Of a stretch of 64,000 bases of DNA, positions 38,433-48,800 are shown in pieces. A program made the translations under genes and the position numbers. Positions within the stretch are counted from its first letter, which is position 1; every line of letters begins with the position of its first letter. The notes below the pieces were generated by a model. The model worked only from the letters and a program-made list of their open reading frames with translations. It did not search any database and was not told the origin of the DNA. The DNA is taken from contig JAFVDD010000006.1 of assembly GCA_017478725.1 (NCBI GenBank), positions 1,169 to 65,168 of the forward strand, given 5' to 3'. This DNA is from Paludibacteraceae bacterium. GTDB taxonomy: Bacteria; Bacteroidota; Bacteroidia; Bacteroidales; Paludibacteraceae.

Positions 38433-38894
38433 TTAACGCGCAAGTTTCATCACTTGCGCTATGGTGCGCGGGTCGTCCGCTTCGCGGAGCGACTGGCGTT
38501 TGTCGTAGCTGTGCTTGCCCTGGCAGAGCGCAATCTCCATCTTGGCGAGACCCTTCTCGTTGATGTAGAGCAGCAGCGGCACAATCGTTTTGCCGGTGTC
38601 CTTGGTGGCTTTTTCCAGTTTGCGTATCTCGCGGCGCTGCAGCAGCAGTTTGCGGTCGCGCTTGGCCTCGTGGTTGGCGTAGGAACCGAAACGGTACTCG
38701 GCTATATGCATCTGCTTGACGTACATCTCGCCGTGCTCCACCTGACACCAGCTGTCCACCAGCGAGGCTTTGCCCTCACGGATGGATTTGATCTCTGTGC
38801 CGAAGAGCTGGATTCCGGCGGTGTAGCGGTCCAGAATGATATATTCAAACCTCGCCTTGCGGTTTTCTATCCGTATGTTGCTCTTCTGTCTCAT
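38433..38894 (-). CDS. smpB: SsrA-binding protein SmpB
   Basis: 153 aa with NRKARFEY ... GTEIKSIR ... and a basic C-terminal tail. Confidence 0.93.
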   Translation of the reverse strand: MRQKSNIRIENRKARFEYIILDRYTAGIQLFGTEIKSIREGKASLVDSWCQVEHGEMYVKQMHIAEYRFGSYANHEAKRDRKLLLQRREIRKLEKATKDTGKTIVPLLLYINEKGLAKMEIALCQGKHSYDKRQSLREADDPRTIAQVMKLAR

Positions 38895-40011
38895 TATTAC
38901 TATACTCTTCCTTGCTTTGACCGTCGGCTGACTGTCGGCTGACCGTCGGGGTGGCCGCGGTGTTGACCGCCACGCGTTTATACTTCTTCTGTCTCTGCTC
39001 CCATCGCTCGCGGGCGTATTGCTGCATGTCGATCACAGTGTCGTTCTCGTCAATGATCTCCAGGCCGAAAATCGTCTCGATGATATCCTCCAGCGTCAGG
39101 ATGCCTACGAAACAGCCGTACTCGTCTATCACCTGCGCTATCTGGCTCTTTTGTTTGAGCATACTGTCAAAGATAGTGCCGAGCGTGAGATCCTGGTCGA
39201 AAGCCGGCAGCGGACGTTTGATGGAGCCGAGCGTTTTGCGGAAATGGTCTTCGGTCAGATCCTCCAGCGCGTCGTTGCGCAGAACATAGCCGGTGATGTA
39301 TTCCGGCGAGGCGGGGCTGTATAGCGGAATACGCGAGAAATGGTCGTATTCGTCGCTGTCGTAATAGGCGCGGAGGGTCATGTTCTCCGGCGCAATCTTG
39401 GCCACCACGCGCGGCGTCATCACATCGTAGGCATGGATGGTGTCGAGACGCATGAGGTTCGTGAAAATCTTGTTCTCATCCTCATCTACCACGCCTTCTT
39501 CTTCGCCTACATTGACCATCGCCAGCACTTCCTCGCGGCTGACCGACGGATCGTCTTCGTCGGTTGGGAAAGCCTTGGTAATCAGCTCGATGACCCATAC
39601 CAGCGGGTAGAGCACAACAATCAGCAGGCGTATCATGCGTGCGGCAAAACCCATCAGTTCGCGCCAATAGGTAGTGCCGATCATCTTGGGTATGATCTCC
39701 GAGAAGATAAGTATCAGGATTGTAGTGAGGGCGGAAACGAGTCCGAACCATTTCGAGCCGAAAAGGATAGTAGCCTGTGCGCCCACACCGGCGGCACCGA
39801 TAGTGTTGGCGATGGTGTTGAGGGAGAGGATGGCGGCAAGAGGCCGGCCGGTGTCCTCCTTGTAACTCTCCATCAGTTTGGCGGGCGCGTAGCCCTCCTC
39901 GAGCCGCAGATTGATATAACTGATCGACGTGGACATCAACACCGACTCCAGCACGGAGCACAGGAAACTGACACCCATCGCCAGCAGCAAATACAATAAA
40001 AGTAATCCCAT
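38845..40011 (-). CDS. CNNM/DUF21 + CBS-pair hemolysin-family (CorC/HlyC-like) membrane protein
   Basis: 388 aa with an N-terminal DUF21 4-TM domain and a CBS pair. Its low-complexity C-terminal tail overlaps smpB by 50 nt. Confidence 0.8.
   Translation of the reverse strand: MGLLLLYLLLAMGVSFLCSVLESVLMSTSISYINLRLEEGYAPAKLMESYKEDTGRPLAAILSLNTIANTIGAAGVGAQATILFGSKWFGLVSALTTILILIFSEIIPKMIGTTYWRELMGFAARMIRLLIVVLYPLVWVIELITKAFPTDEDDPSVSREEVLAMVNVGEEEGVVDEDENKIFTNLMRLDTIHAYDVMTPRVVAKIAPENMTLRAYYDSDEYDHFSRIPLYSPASPEYITGYVLRNDALEDLTEDHFRKTLGSIKRPLPAFDQDLTLGTIFDSMLKQKSQIAQVIDEYGCFVGILTLEDIIETIFGLEIIDENDTVIDMQQYARERWEQRQKKYKRVAVNTAATPTVSRQSADGQSKEEYSNNETEEQHTDRKPQGEV
38918..38950. repeat. 3 x 11-nt tandem repeat in the C-terminal tail of the CNNM gene
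   Basis: The units read tgaccgtcggc tgactgtcggc tgaccgtcggg. Confidence 0.9.
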
Positions 40012-40028
40012 AATGTTAAAAAATCATG

Positions 40029-40036
40029 CAAAGATA
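40029..40036 (-). promoter_or_regulatory. -7 box TATCTTTG for the CNNM-smpB operon
   Basis: The plus strand reads CAAAGATA, 18 nt upstream of the ATG at 40011. Confidence 0.55.
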
Positions 40037-40068
40037 CACTTTTTTTTGCATATATCCAAAAAAAGTAG

Positions 40069-40076
40069 TACTTTTG
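40069..40076 (+). promoter_or_regulatory. -7 box TACTTTTG for the 40128 gene
   Basis: TAnnTTTG match 52 nt upstream of the ATG. It is divergent from the previous promoter. Confidence 0.55.
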
Positions 40077-40127
40077 TAGCCGATTTCGTAAAATTGAACG
40101 GTGAAAACTGAAAACTGAGAACTGAAA

Positions 40128-40553
40128 ATGACAAAGTTATCGGAAATATTAGCTATAACCGGCAAGCCCGGTTTGTACAAACTGGTCAGCCGCGGCAACA
40201 ACATGCTGATTGTGGAGAGTCTGGTGGACGGCAAACGTACGCCTACCTATGCCCGCGACAAGATTGTGGCGCTGAGCGATGTGTCGATGTTCACCAACGC
40301 CGATGATGTGCGCCTGAGCGAGGTGCTCACCTCCGCCGGCAAGAAAGAGGGGTTGCAGCCCGTGGCGATGGATCCCAAGAAAGCCGCCAACGCGGAGCTG
40401 CAGGCATGGTTTGACGAGGTGCTGCCCGACTGGGACCGCGACCGGGTCTATCCTTCGGATATCCGCAAACTGATCTCGTGGTACAACATCCTCGTGAAGG
40501 CCGGTATCACCGATTTCAGCCTGGAGGAAGAGCCCGCCGAAGAGGAAAAATAA
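40128..40553 (+). CDS. conserved hypothetical protein (DUF5606-like)
   Basis: 141 aa. The N-terminus ILAITGKPGLYKLVSRGNNMLIVESLVDGKRTPTYA matches my memory of this Bacteroidota family. Confidence 0.55.
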   Translation: MTKLSEILAITGKPGLYKLVSRGNNMLIVESLVDGKRTPTYARDKIVALSDVSMFTNADDVRLSEVLTSAGKKEGLQPVAMDPKKAANAELQAWFDEVLPDWDRDRVYPSDIRKLISWYNILVKAGITDFSLEEEPAEEEK

Positions 40554-40598
40554 CTAGTCAGCTAGTCAACTAGTAAACTAGTCGCCTAGTCAGCTAAA
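40553..40598. repeat. period-8 CTAG array (5 x CTAG + CTAA)
   Basis: CTAG occurs at 40554, 40562, 40570, 40578 and 40586, and CTAA at 40594. Confidence 0.95.
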
Positions 40599-40607
40599 AG
40601 AATACGT

Positions 40608-41540
40608 GTGCTCGTACGAGCAATCATTGATATCATAGAATCTGTAGCGCCACGGAGTGCCCAGGAGGAATGGGATAACTCGGGAATGCAGGTAGGTGAC
40701 ACGGGACAGGAGGTGAACTCCGTCCTCTTGACCACAGACGTTACGCCGGCTGTGGTCGATGAAGCCGTTAGGCTTGGTTGCCAACTTATCATCAGCCATC
40801 ATCCGCTTTTGTTCCACGGACTCAAACAGGTCTGCGGCCAGAGTGCGCAGGCGCAAGCGGTGGAGGCTTGTATCCGCCACGGCATAGCCGTCTATTCCGC
40901 CCATACCTCGCTCGACAGCGTCTGGGGCGGCATCAACACCCGTCTGGCTGACCTTCTCGGCATAACCGATTACCGCATCTTAGTGCCAAAACCGGGGGCC
41001 CCGCGAAACGCTAACGAAGCGATGTTTCGTGGGGAGAGCGGAGGCACAAGTTGCTTTAATGACCGCGCGGCGGTCAGTCCTTGCAACCTTGTTGCCGAAC
41101 GCGAAGGTCTCGGTATCATCGGCTCTTTACCCGCCCCCATGGATTTTCACTCCTTTTTAGTACACGTGCGCGACACGCTCGGTGCCACGTACGTGCGCTA
41201 CACACTCCCAACTCCTTTAAGGGAGGGGTCTATGGTAGGCTTTCTCCCCTCCTTGCAGGGAGGGGGCGGGGGTAGGCTTGTTACCACCGTCGCCCTCTGC
41301 GGAGGCAGCGGAGCGGAGTTTATAGGCGAGGCAATAGCCCAAGGCGCGGATGTCTATATTACCGCCGATTGCAAGTACCATGAGTTTCAGGACGCCGGCG
41401 GCAAAATAGCTCTCGTTGATATTGACCACTGGGTGAGCGAGAGGCATTGCCGCGAGATCTTCCGCGATTTGCTGACGCCCCACGGCATCGACTGCCGCAT
41501 CAGCCAAGCCGACCAAACACCGATACAAGTATTACAATAA
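40608..41540 (+). CDS. Nif3-like dinuclear metal centre protein (YbgI/GTP cyclohydrolase 1 type 2 family)
   Basis: 310 aa with a GTG start at 40608. The motifs are EEWDNSG, ISHHPLLF, ALCGGSG, TADCKYHEF and DHWVSE. Confidence 0.8.
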   Translation: MLVRAIIDIIESVAPRSAQEEWDNSGMQVGDTGQEVNSVLLTTDVTPAVVDEAVRLGCQLIISHHPLLFHGLKQVCGQSAQAQAVEACIRHGIAVYSAHTSLDSVWGGINTRLADLLGITDYRILVPKPGAPRNANEAMFRGESGGTSCFNDRAAVSPCNLVAEREGLGIIGSLPAPMDFHSFLVHVRDTLGATYVRYTLPTPLREGSMVGFLPSLQGGGGGRLVTTVALCGGSGAEFIGEAIAQGADVYITADCKYHEFQDAGGKIALVDIDHWVSERHCREIFRDLLTPHGIDCRISQADQTPIQVLQ

Positions 41541-41705
41541 CAAATCATAAATAACCATTATCCCCTCTCTGAACTAAGAGGCGTTCTCGTAAATCGAGAC
41601 GCAAACCGAAGCCGAAGGCTGTTTGCGGATCGAAGAGCGGGAACATGGCGAAAGATCTTATGAGCGACATCGTCGCGAATCGTTCTGAGCCATAGTTCAC
41701 GCGAC

Positions 41706-42437
41706 ATGGCAACAAAAGAAATGACAGTAGAGGAGCGTTTGCGTACGCTCTACCAGTTGCAGCAGGTCAATTCGAAGATTGACTCGCTCCGCACCCTCGC
41801 GGGCGAACTGCCGCAGGAAGTGAAAGACATGGCAGACGAGGTGGAGGGCTTGAAAACCCGTCTCGCCAATATCGAGAACGATATCAAGGAGTGCGAGACG
41901 CAGATCTCCGACCACCGCGTGCGTACCGAGAACGCCAATGCCTCTATCTCGCGCTACAAAGAGCAGCAGAACAACGTCCGCAACAACCGTGAGTTCGACA
42001 ACCTGAACAAGGAAATCGAGTATCAGGAGCTGGAGATCGAGGCTTCGCAGCGCAAGATCAAACACTACAACGCCGAGTTGGAGCAGCGTCTGCAGGACAA
42101 AGCTGCCACCACCAAAACGATCGAAGAGCGTACGGTGGATCTCAACCAGAAACGTTCCGAACTGGATCAGATCCTGGCGGAGACCAAGGCGGAGACCGAA
42201 GCCCTGGTGCTCAAATCCGGCGAACTGGAGAAGAAGATCGACGAGCGTCTGCTCTCCGCTTTCAAACGTATCCGCAAGAACGCCCACAACGGTCTGGCGG
42301 TCGTTAAGATCGAGCGCGACAGCTGCGGCGGTTGCCATGCCAAGATCCCTGCACAGCGTCAGTTGGATATCCGTACCCGCAAGAAAATCATCGTTTGCGA
42401 GTTCTGCGGTCGTATCCTCGTTGACCCGGAGATGTAA
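41706..42437 (+). CDS. coiled-coil C4 zinc-ribbon protein (COG1579/DUF164 type), the usual Nif3 neighbour
   Basis: 243 aa with a long coiled coil and C-terminal CGGCH ... CEFCGRIL. Confidence 0.8.
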   Translation: MATKEMTVEERLRTLYQLQQVNSKIDSLRTLAGELPQEVKDMADEVEGLKTRLANIENDIKECETQISDHRVRTENANASISRYKEQQNNVRNNREFDNLNKEIEYQELEIEASQRKIKHYNAELEQRLQDKAATTKTIEERTVDLNQKRSELDQILAETKAETEALVLKSGELEKKIDERLLSAFKRIRKNAHNGLAVVKIERDSCGGCHAKIPAQRQLDIRTRKKIIVCEFCGRILVDPEM

Positions 42438-42608
42438 GACCGCTTTTCTTCGTCTCCGAGCCGGATTTCCCACATTTTTTTACCTCTGTACCTGATTCGT
42501 TTTCAGCCGATTACAAGATGCTTATCGGGGGCATCTCAGAGTCATCTCGTGAGCGCATCGGAAGCAAGTCGGAGTCAAATAGTTTTTTTACCATCCCAAT
42601 TTTCATCA

Positions 42609-42638
42609 AAGAGACCTTCATTCGAGGGTCTCTTTTTT
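42609..42638 (+). terminator. rho-independent terminator
   Basis: An 8-bp stem (aagagacc ... ggtctctt) is followed by a T-run. It lies 170 nt after the stop at 42437. Confidence 0.7.
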
Positions 42639-42724
42639 ATCCCCGCATACCCATTTTGCAAAGTGAATATAGCAAAATAGATGATTTCCGTCAATTTTTA
42701 CACATAAGTCTCAAAAAAATAATG

Positions 42725-42732
42725 TATCTTTG
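42725..42732 (+). promoter_or_regulatory. -7 box TATCTTTG for the giant surface-protein gene
   Basis: TAnnTTTG match with an A-run upstream, 110 nt before the first ATG at 42842. Confidence 0.6.
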
Positions 42733-42763
42733 CACGCTATTTTTGATATGCGCGCCCAAAATT

Positions 42764-42808
42764 ACTAGTCAGCTAGCAAGCTAGAAACCTAGTCAGCTAG
42801 TCAACTAC
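42764..42808. repeat. period-8 CTAG array in the 5' leader of the giant gene
   Basis: CTAG occurs at 42765, 42773, 42781, 42789 and 42797, then CTAC at 42805. Confidence 0.95.
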
Positions 42809-42841
42809 CCGAGATAATAAATCACAACAATACCTGATACG

Positions 42842-45800
42842 ATGAAAAACAATTTACTTGATTGGAACGAAGAGCCCTTAAATTTACAGGGGGGGGTATT
42901 CGCAAAGAAAAACACAATGCGAGGTGAAACAAGCATGGGAGTTTCCGCAGTCTGCGCAACCTCTGCGCAACCTCTGCTGAAATACGCGGCATGCCTGTTG
43001 GCTGTGCTATGCCTCGGAGTAGGACAGGTTTGGGGACAGACGCTGGTGGAAACAGACAATATGGAGACTTCTTCTGGAACAGGTACGTCAATGACTGTAA
43101 GTGGCTTTAATCGCAATAGCAGTTGTGACCAGATTTCTCAATCTACAGAGGCAAGAACTGGTACTTACTCAATGAAGACAGAGAAAAATGGAAACGGTGA
43201 GGTCAATGTAAAAACCTCGAACGCTTCTATATCTGTAGCAAAAAGTGAGTATTTATATTGTATAGGCTGGGCGAAAATGGAAAGTAGCGATGTACCCACC
43301 ACTCCTAATGCCAATATTTATGCCCAAGCAAATAGTTATATAGGGGGGAATGGAAAAGGAGACTCAGTCCGTTTAAATAATAGTACATGGCGTCGTTTTA
43401 CATCAAGCAAGAAAGCAAGTAATGCAGTATCGAATGCATCTGTTTTGCTATTGCGTAAACACGGAAGCAAATTGGCAATTCTTTTTGACGATGTTGTAAT
43501 CTATACATCCTCCAATGCTTCTGTTGATATAACTGCTCCTACAGCCGCTTCATCTGCAAGTGCAACGACAAGTAGTATAGATTGGACTTGTGGTTCGGAT
43601 GATAATACAGGTATTCAAAATACATTGATTTGGAGACGCACAAGTAGTTCTGCAGATGATCTTACATTAAATGACCAGGGTGTATATGCTGCAAGTGCTA
43701 CCGACCAAAGCGGTCACTGGACTTGCGTGAGTGCTACGGTAGGAGCAGCAGCAACGAGTTATGCAGGCACATTCTCTTCTGGCGACCGCTATGCCATTGT
43801 TCACAGAGACTTGGCTTACAACTATTCATCGCCAACTTATGTGTCTATCCCTGCCGCTGCTCCTTCAAATACGTATTACTATCGCGGGACGGATAACTCT
43901 TGGGGGGCAACGGCGATGACACCAAGCGAGGGAGGAACATATGAGTATATTGCCTCAACAGCTACAACCAACCAGTTTAAAATAGCACTTTCTGAGTCGG
44001 GATGGGATTACAATCATAATTACAATTGGTCCGGCTTCTTTATGACAGACCAGAATATTAATTTGGGCGACTATAATAGTGACGACTGTTATATTTGGGA
44101 TGCACCATCGAGTTACTATATCATAGTATTCAAACCAAGCACAGCGGTTAATAGTTCGTCTAATCCGCATATCTGCGTATCGAGAACCTTACCGGACGAC
44201 AGCCCTTCCGGTTTGGCAGAAACCAAGACGGTTTATCTGGATCCAGACGTATGGGAAGCAGGTGGTGCGAAATATGCTGTATGCTATGTAGAGCATAATG
44301 GTGAATGGTCCGGTTTTATGACTGCCAGTCCGTGCTTTGACGGCGTGTACCAAACCACTATTCCGGTATGGGTTAGTAATGTGGAGATTGTTCGTTTCAA
44401 CTCAACAGCCACAGAAAGTGAAATCAGTTATGATGGCGGCAAATGTTGGAACTATTCCGGTCACCTCAGTTCGATGCCTTCGGGTGCCGCACGATTTACC
44501 GTTGCTCAAACCGGCGGAACATGGAATGACTTGAATACCTCTAACTGGTCAACGCCCTCCATTCCGACCTACACAATCAATTATGCGAAAGGAACAGTGC
44601 CTTCCGGCGGTGGTTCCATCAGTGGCAGCAAGAGCGATGAGAGCAAGACTTGCGGCGTGGATTTCACTTTGCCTAATAGTACCGTTTTCACCATTACCGG
44701 TTACACACAAACCGGTTGGGCAACATCATCCGGCGGAAGCAAGGCATATGAGCTTGGCGGCAGTTATACAGGAAATGCCAACCAAACGTTCTATCCGTTT
44801 TGGACGGCCAACAATTATACCTTGACATGGATAACGGACGGCGATGCGTTGACCGGCAGTTATACAACAGGCACGGTAGCTTTCGGTACTGCAATCACCG
44901 CACCAAACACCCCGACCAAGACAGGATATAATTTTGCGGGTTGGGATGTAACACCGGCTTCGACCATGCCTGCGGATAATACAACCTATACGGCTACTTG
45001 GACTGCCAAGACCACATCGCTCACGCTCAACCCGAACACCGATAATCACGGAACTGGTAGCAACGTAGCCGTTACAGCCACCTACGCGGCTGTACTGCCG
45101 TCCTTCACCAAAGCCACACCGGCTGAAGGCTATGTGTTGGAGGGTTATTACACCACCGCTTCGGGCGAAGGCACAAAGATTATCAATGCCGACGGAACAC
45201 TCGTTGCCAGTACTGACTATACCTCTGACGATAGCAAGTGGAACAGCGAAATAGCTTCACTCACCTTGCATGCACGATATGATGAAATTGCGTATTGTAC
45301 AACCCTTAATCCTGCTACTTCCGGTTCTTCTCCTACGGCTAAATACGATGAGATAAACATGCAAACCGGCAGCACAGGAGGATCGATTGTTACTGCCGGA
45401 GCAAAGAGCTCTTATAGCGAATCATTTTCTTACACGACGAACGGTCTTAAGTTTAATAAAGGTGGAGCCGACTCAGTCCGTGTTATTCTGGAGAACAATA
45501 TGCGGGCAGGAACCGTGCTCACGTTTGTCATAAACAATGAAACTGGTAGCAAAAGCCAAGGTTTGTACTTAAAGAACTTGAGCAAGACTACAAAAAAGGA
45601 TATGATTCGTCCCGGAACCGGAACGGGAGATACCACCTATGTCTATACTGTAGTGGCAGAGGACGGCTTAGCCGGAACTAACCAATTCATTCTAAGCCGA
45701 GCCTCCTCTTCTGCAGCTCTCAAATCGCTTAAGGTGCATAACTGCGGTAGTGCAGCAACAACCTACAATGTGACGCACACACTGAGTCACGTAACAAAGA

Positions 45801-48800
45801 ATAGTGGTGCTACTTCTGCGCTTGTAGGTGCCAATTACACAGCGGTTTTTACCGATGACATGGGCTTCGATTTGCCTTCAACTATCACAGTAGAGGTGAA
45901 TGGAGAGGAGAAGACGGTTAATACTCACTACACATGGAATCAAGAAACAGGAACAGTAGTCATCTATGGCGCATATGTGACGGATGATATCGAAATCACC
46001 ATCACCGGAGTGGATGAGGGCTATACCATCACCAACGGCAGTCCTTCCGGTGGTAGCATTGCTATCACCTTTAATGATGAAGCGGTCACTAAAGCACAGG
46101 AAAATGACCAAGTGAATATTGTGGCCACACCAAGTACCGGCTATAGTTTCAGCAGCTGGAGTATCTACAAAACAGGCGATGCCGGTACAACTGTGTCGCC
46201 TAACGCATCAACGGCTTCTACCTATTTCACCATGCCTGCCTATGGCGTGACGGTGGATGCAACGTTTACCGCCATCAACTACGCCATTACACACGCCGCT
46301 GCCGACAACGGCACCTATACTGTCCAAGTGGCGAGCGGCGACCCTGTATCCGAAGGAACAGGCGTGAACGCCAATTATGGTCAGACAATCACGCTGGCTG
46401 CTACACCGGGAAGCGGCTATGTGCTTGATCACTGGACAGTGACAGAGACCGTAAGCGGCGATCCCATATCGGTCACCAACGCCACGCTGGAGACTGCTAC
46501 GTTCACCATGCCGGCTGTGGCTGTAACGATAGTGCCGACATTCAAAGCCACGCCTAACATTTATTACTACAAGGATGCGACACGCTATGTCTCTTCCACG
46601 TATAAGAATCCGGAAGGAGGCACCGCGGGCAGTGGCGACAACAAAAACCTGACTACTCCGTGGAAGATGTGCGATGCCTGCGTCGCAGGTGTGGACAGCG
46701 TGGTTGTGACGAATGGTCAGTATGACGGCAAGGGCAATTACATGGACGCCTATATCAAACTGGGTATAGGTGGCAATGCTACAAGCAAGAACATCATCTT
46801 TGGAATCAAGAACGGTTATACGGCTTCTTCAATCAACCTCAAGATAGGCGGCTATAGTGCTAACCCGACAGTGACACTGAAAAAACTGACAAGCGGAAGC
46901 TTGGGCGATGCAATCGCTTATACCGGCACGATAGGTGGAGTGGCTACGAAAGAGAATGACTTCAGCGCTATTACATGGAGCAATCAAGCAGCCGGTGTGT
47001 ATGTACTCAATGTAAGTTCCAAGAACTCCTATATCTCAGAAATAGATATCCAAACCACGCCGCTCAACTACACCGTCACCCTCAACGCCAACGATGGTAC
47101 AATCAACGCCGGCAATGTGACGAGTTACACGTACGGCACGGGCGCAACCCTGCCGACCGATGTGACGAAGGATAATTACACCTTCGGCGGCTGGTACGAG
47201 GCAAGCGATTTCAGCGGAAGCGCGGTCACTACTATCTCTACCACCGACTACGGCAATAAGACCTATTACGCCAAATGGTATGCCAGTGACTACTCCTATA
47301 CTCCTACTCAGTCGAGCGGCACGCTGGCAGAGGGAGAAGTGGCTGTCACTTCTACGAACGGCGTACTGAAATATACGCCGTCAGCAGGAGCCGGCTCTCC
47401 GTCTATGTACTACGAAAGTTTCGGTAGTCCTTCACGCAACGGTTTGCGCTTCAACGGAAGCGGGCAATGTATGGCTACTATCTATCTGCAAAAGAACATG
47501 CAGGCGGGAACCATCATTACCGCTACTATTGCATCTGTAAGTAGTGATAAGGAATGCGGATTAGAACTCTGCACTACCGGTAGTGAGACAGTGACCACAT
47601 GGTCATGGACGCCGGTTGAGAATGCAGAGGAACATACGTTCACATATACCGTGACGGCAGAGGATGATTTGGCAGGAACTAATGTGTTCCGGTTGAAACG
47701 TCACAATGCAGATATACGTATCATTTCCCTCATCGTTGCCAACTGCAGCAACACGGAGGCTACTTGTACAGTGACCTACCACAGCAATGGCGCTACGTCG
47801 GGCAGCGCACCGGATGCTGCCAACTACCTCACGGGCACCGATGTGATAGTGAAGGACAACACCGGTCTGCTGCAAGCGGACGGTAATCTGGTCTTTGCCG
47901 GTTGGGCGACATCGCTTGACCGCGCCAATGCCGGTACGGTGGACTACAATCCTGCTGCCGGCGCAACGATAGAGACCATAACGGCAGATGTCAACCTCTA
48001 TCCGGTTTGGAAGACAGGATACTACTTTATTTCGCTGGCAGGTTATAGCGCAAACGGCACACTGAATACAACGGATTTTACCACCCCCAAATCCATCATA
48101 ACGGACAAAAGACGTACCGTGAACGAAGTAACGTTTAGCACCAGTGTGTTTAGAATGAGTAAAACGCCTAATGACGGTAATGTAGAGCAGACATTTGCAG
48201 GAACAAACCTGGCGGATGGTAAGAGTTGCTTCATATACGATACCAAGACTACCCAAACAGATATTTCTATCTATGTGTATAACGACGATGAGTCCAATGC
48301 GATACCTATCTGCTACCGCGTATTGAAAGAAGGAGATATTCAGGATGTAGTCCAGGTGGACATCCCAGCTAATAGCGGCATGGTGGTGAATATCCCTACT
48401 ATCACGCATACCAAAGGAACGCGTGTGCTCTTTGGTGCCGGTACAAGGAATGGTTCCGACTACGGAAAAATCAATTTCACTCAAGTCAGAGCCATCGAAA
48501 CAGGTATCGCTGTGCCACAAGCGGGTGAGGCTGGTTTCGAACTGGCCGTACCCGGACGTTTTACGGCTTCAAAAGATGCAGCAAGTTCGATTGACGGCTT
48601 GACGTGTATTCCTAATGATAATGTACATATCATTGACGGTAAGAAAAATACGATTCCGTTGACCGGCGCACAGGATGTAGAGGCAACGCAATACATCAGT
48701 TTCACTACATCCGGTTCTGTACAATTGCAAGTTACGCCAAAGAATGCGCAAGACCGCGTCACATTCTATGTGAAGAAAGACAGCCGTACGTTTACTTCGT

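Noticed and set aside
42640-42841. An invertible (phase-variable) promoter upstream of the giant gene.
   Set aside because: Only a 7-bp inverted repeat (attttgc / gcaaaat at about 42652-42680) is present. There are no long flanking inverted repeats around the -7 box and no site-specific recombinase gene nearby.
47603-48520. 305-aa ORF antisense inside the giant gene, along with other 60-240-aa antisense ORFs between 43955 and 52852.
   Set aside because: They sit within an uninterrupted 10.2-kb sense ORF with coherent domain repeats. The antisense products are Cys/Arg/His-rich with no recognisable features.
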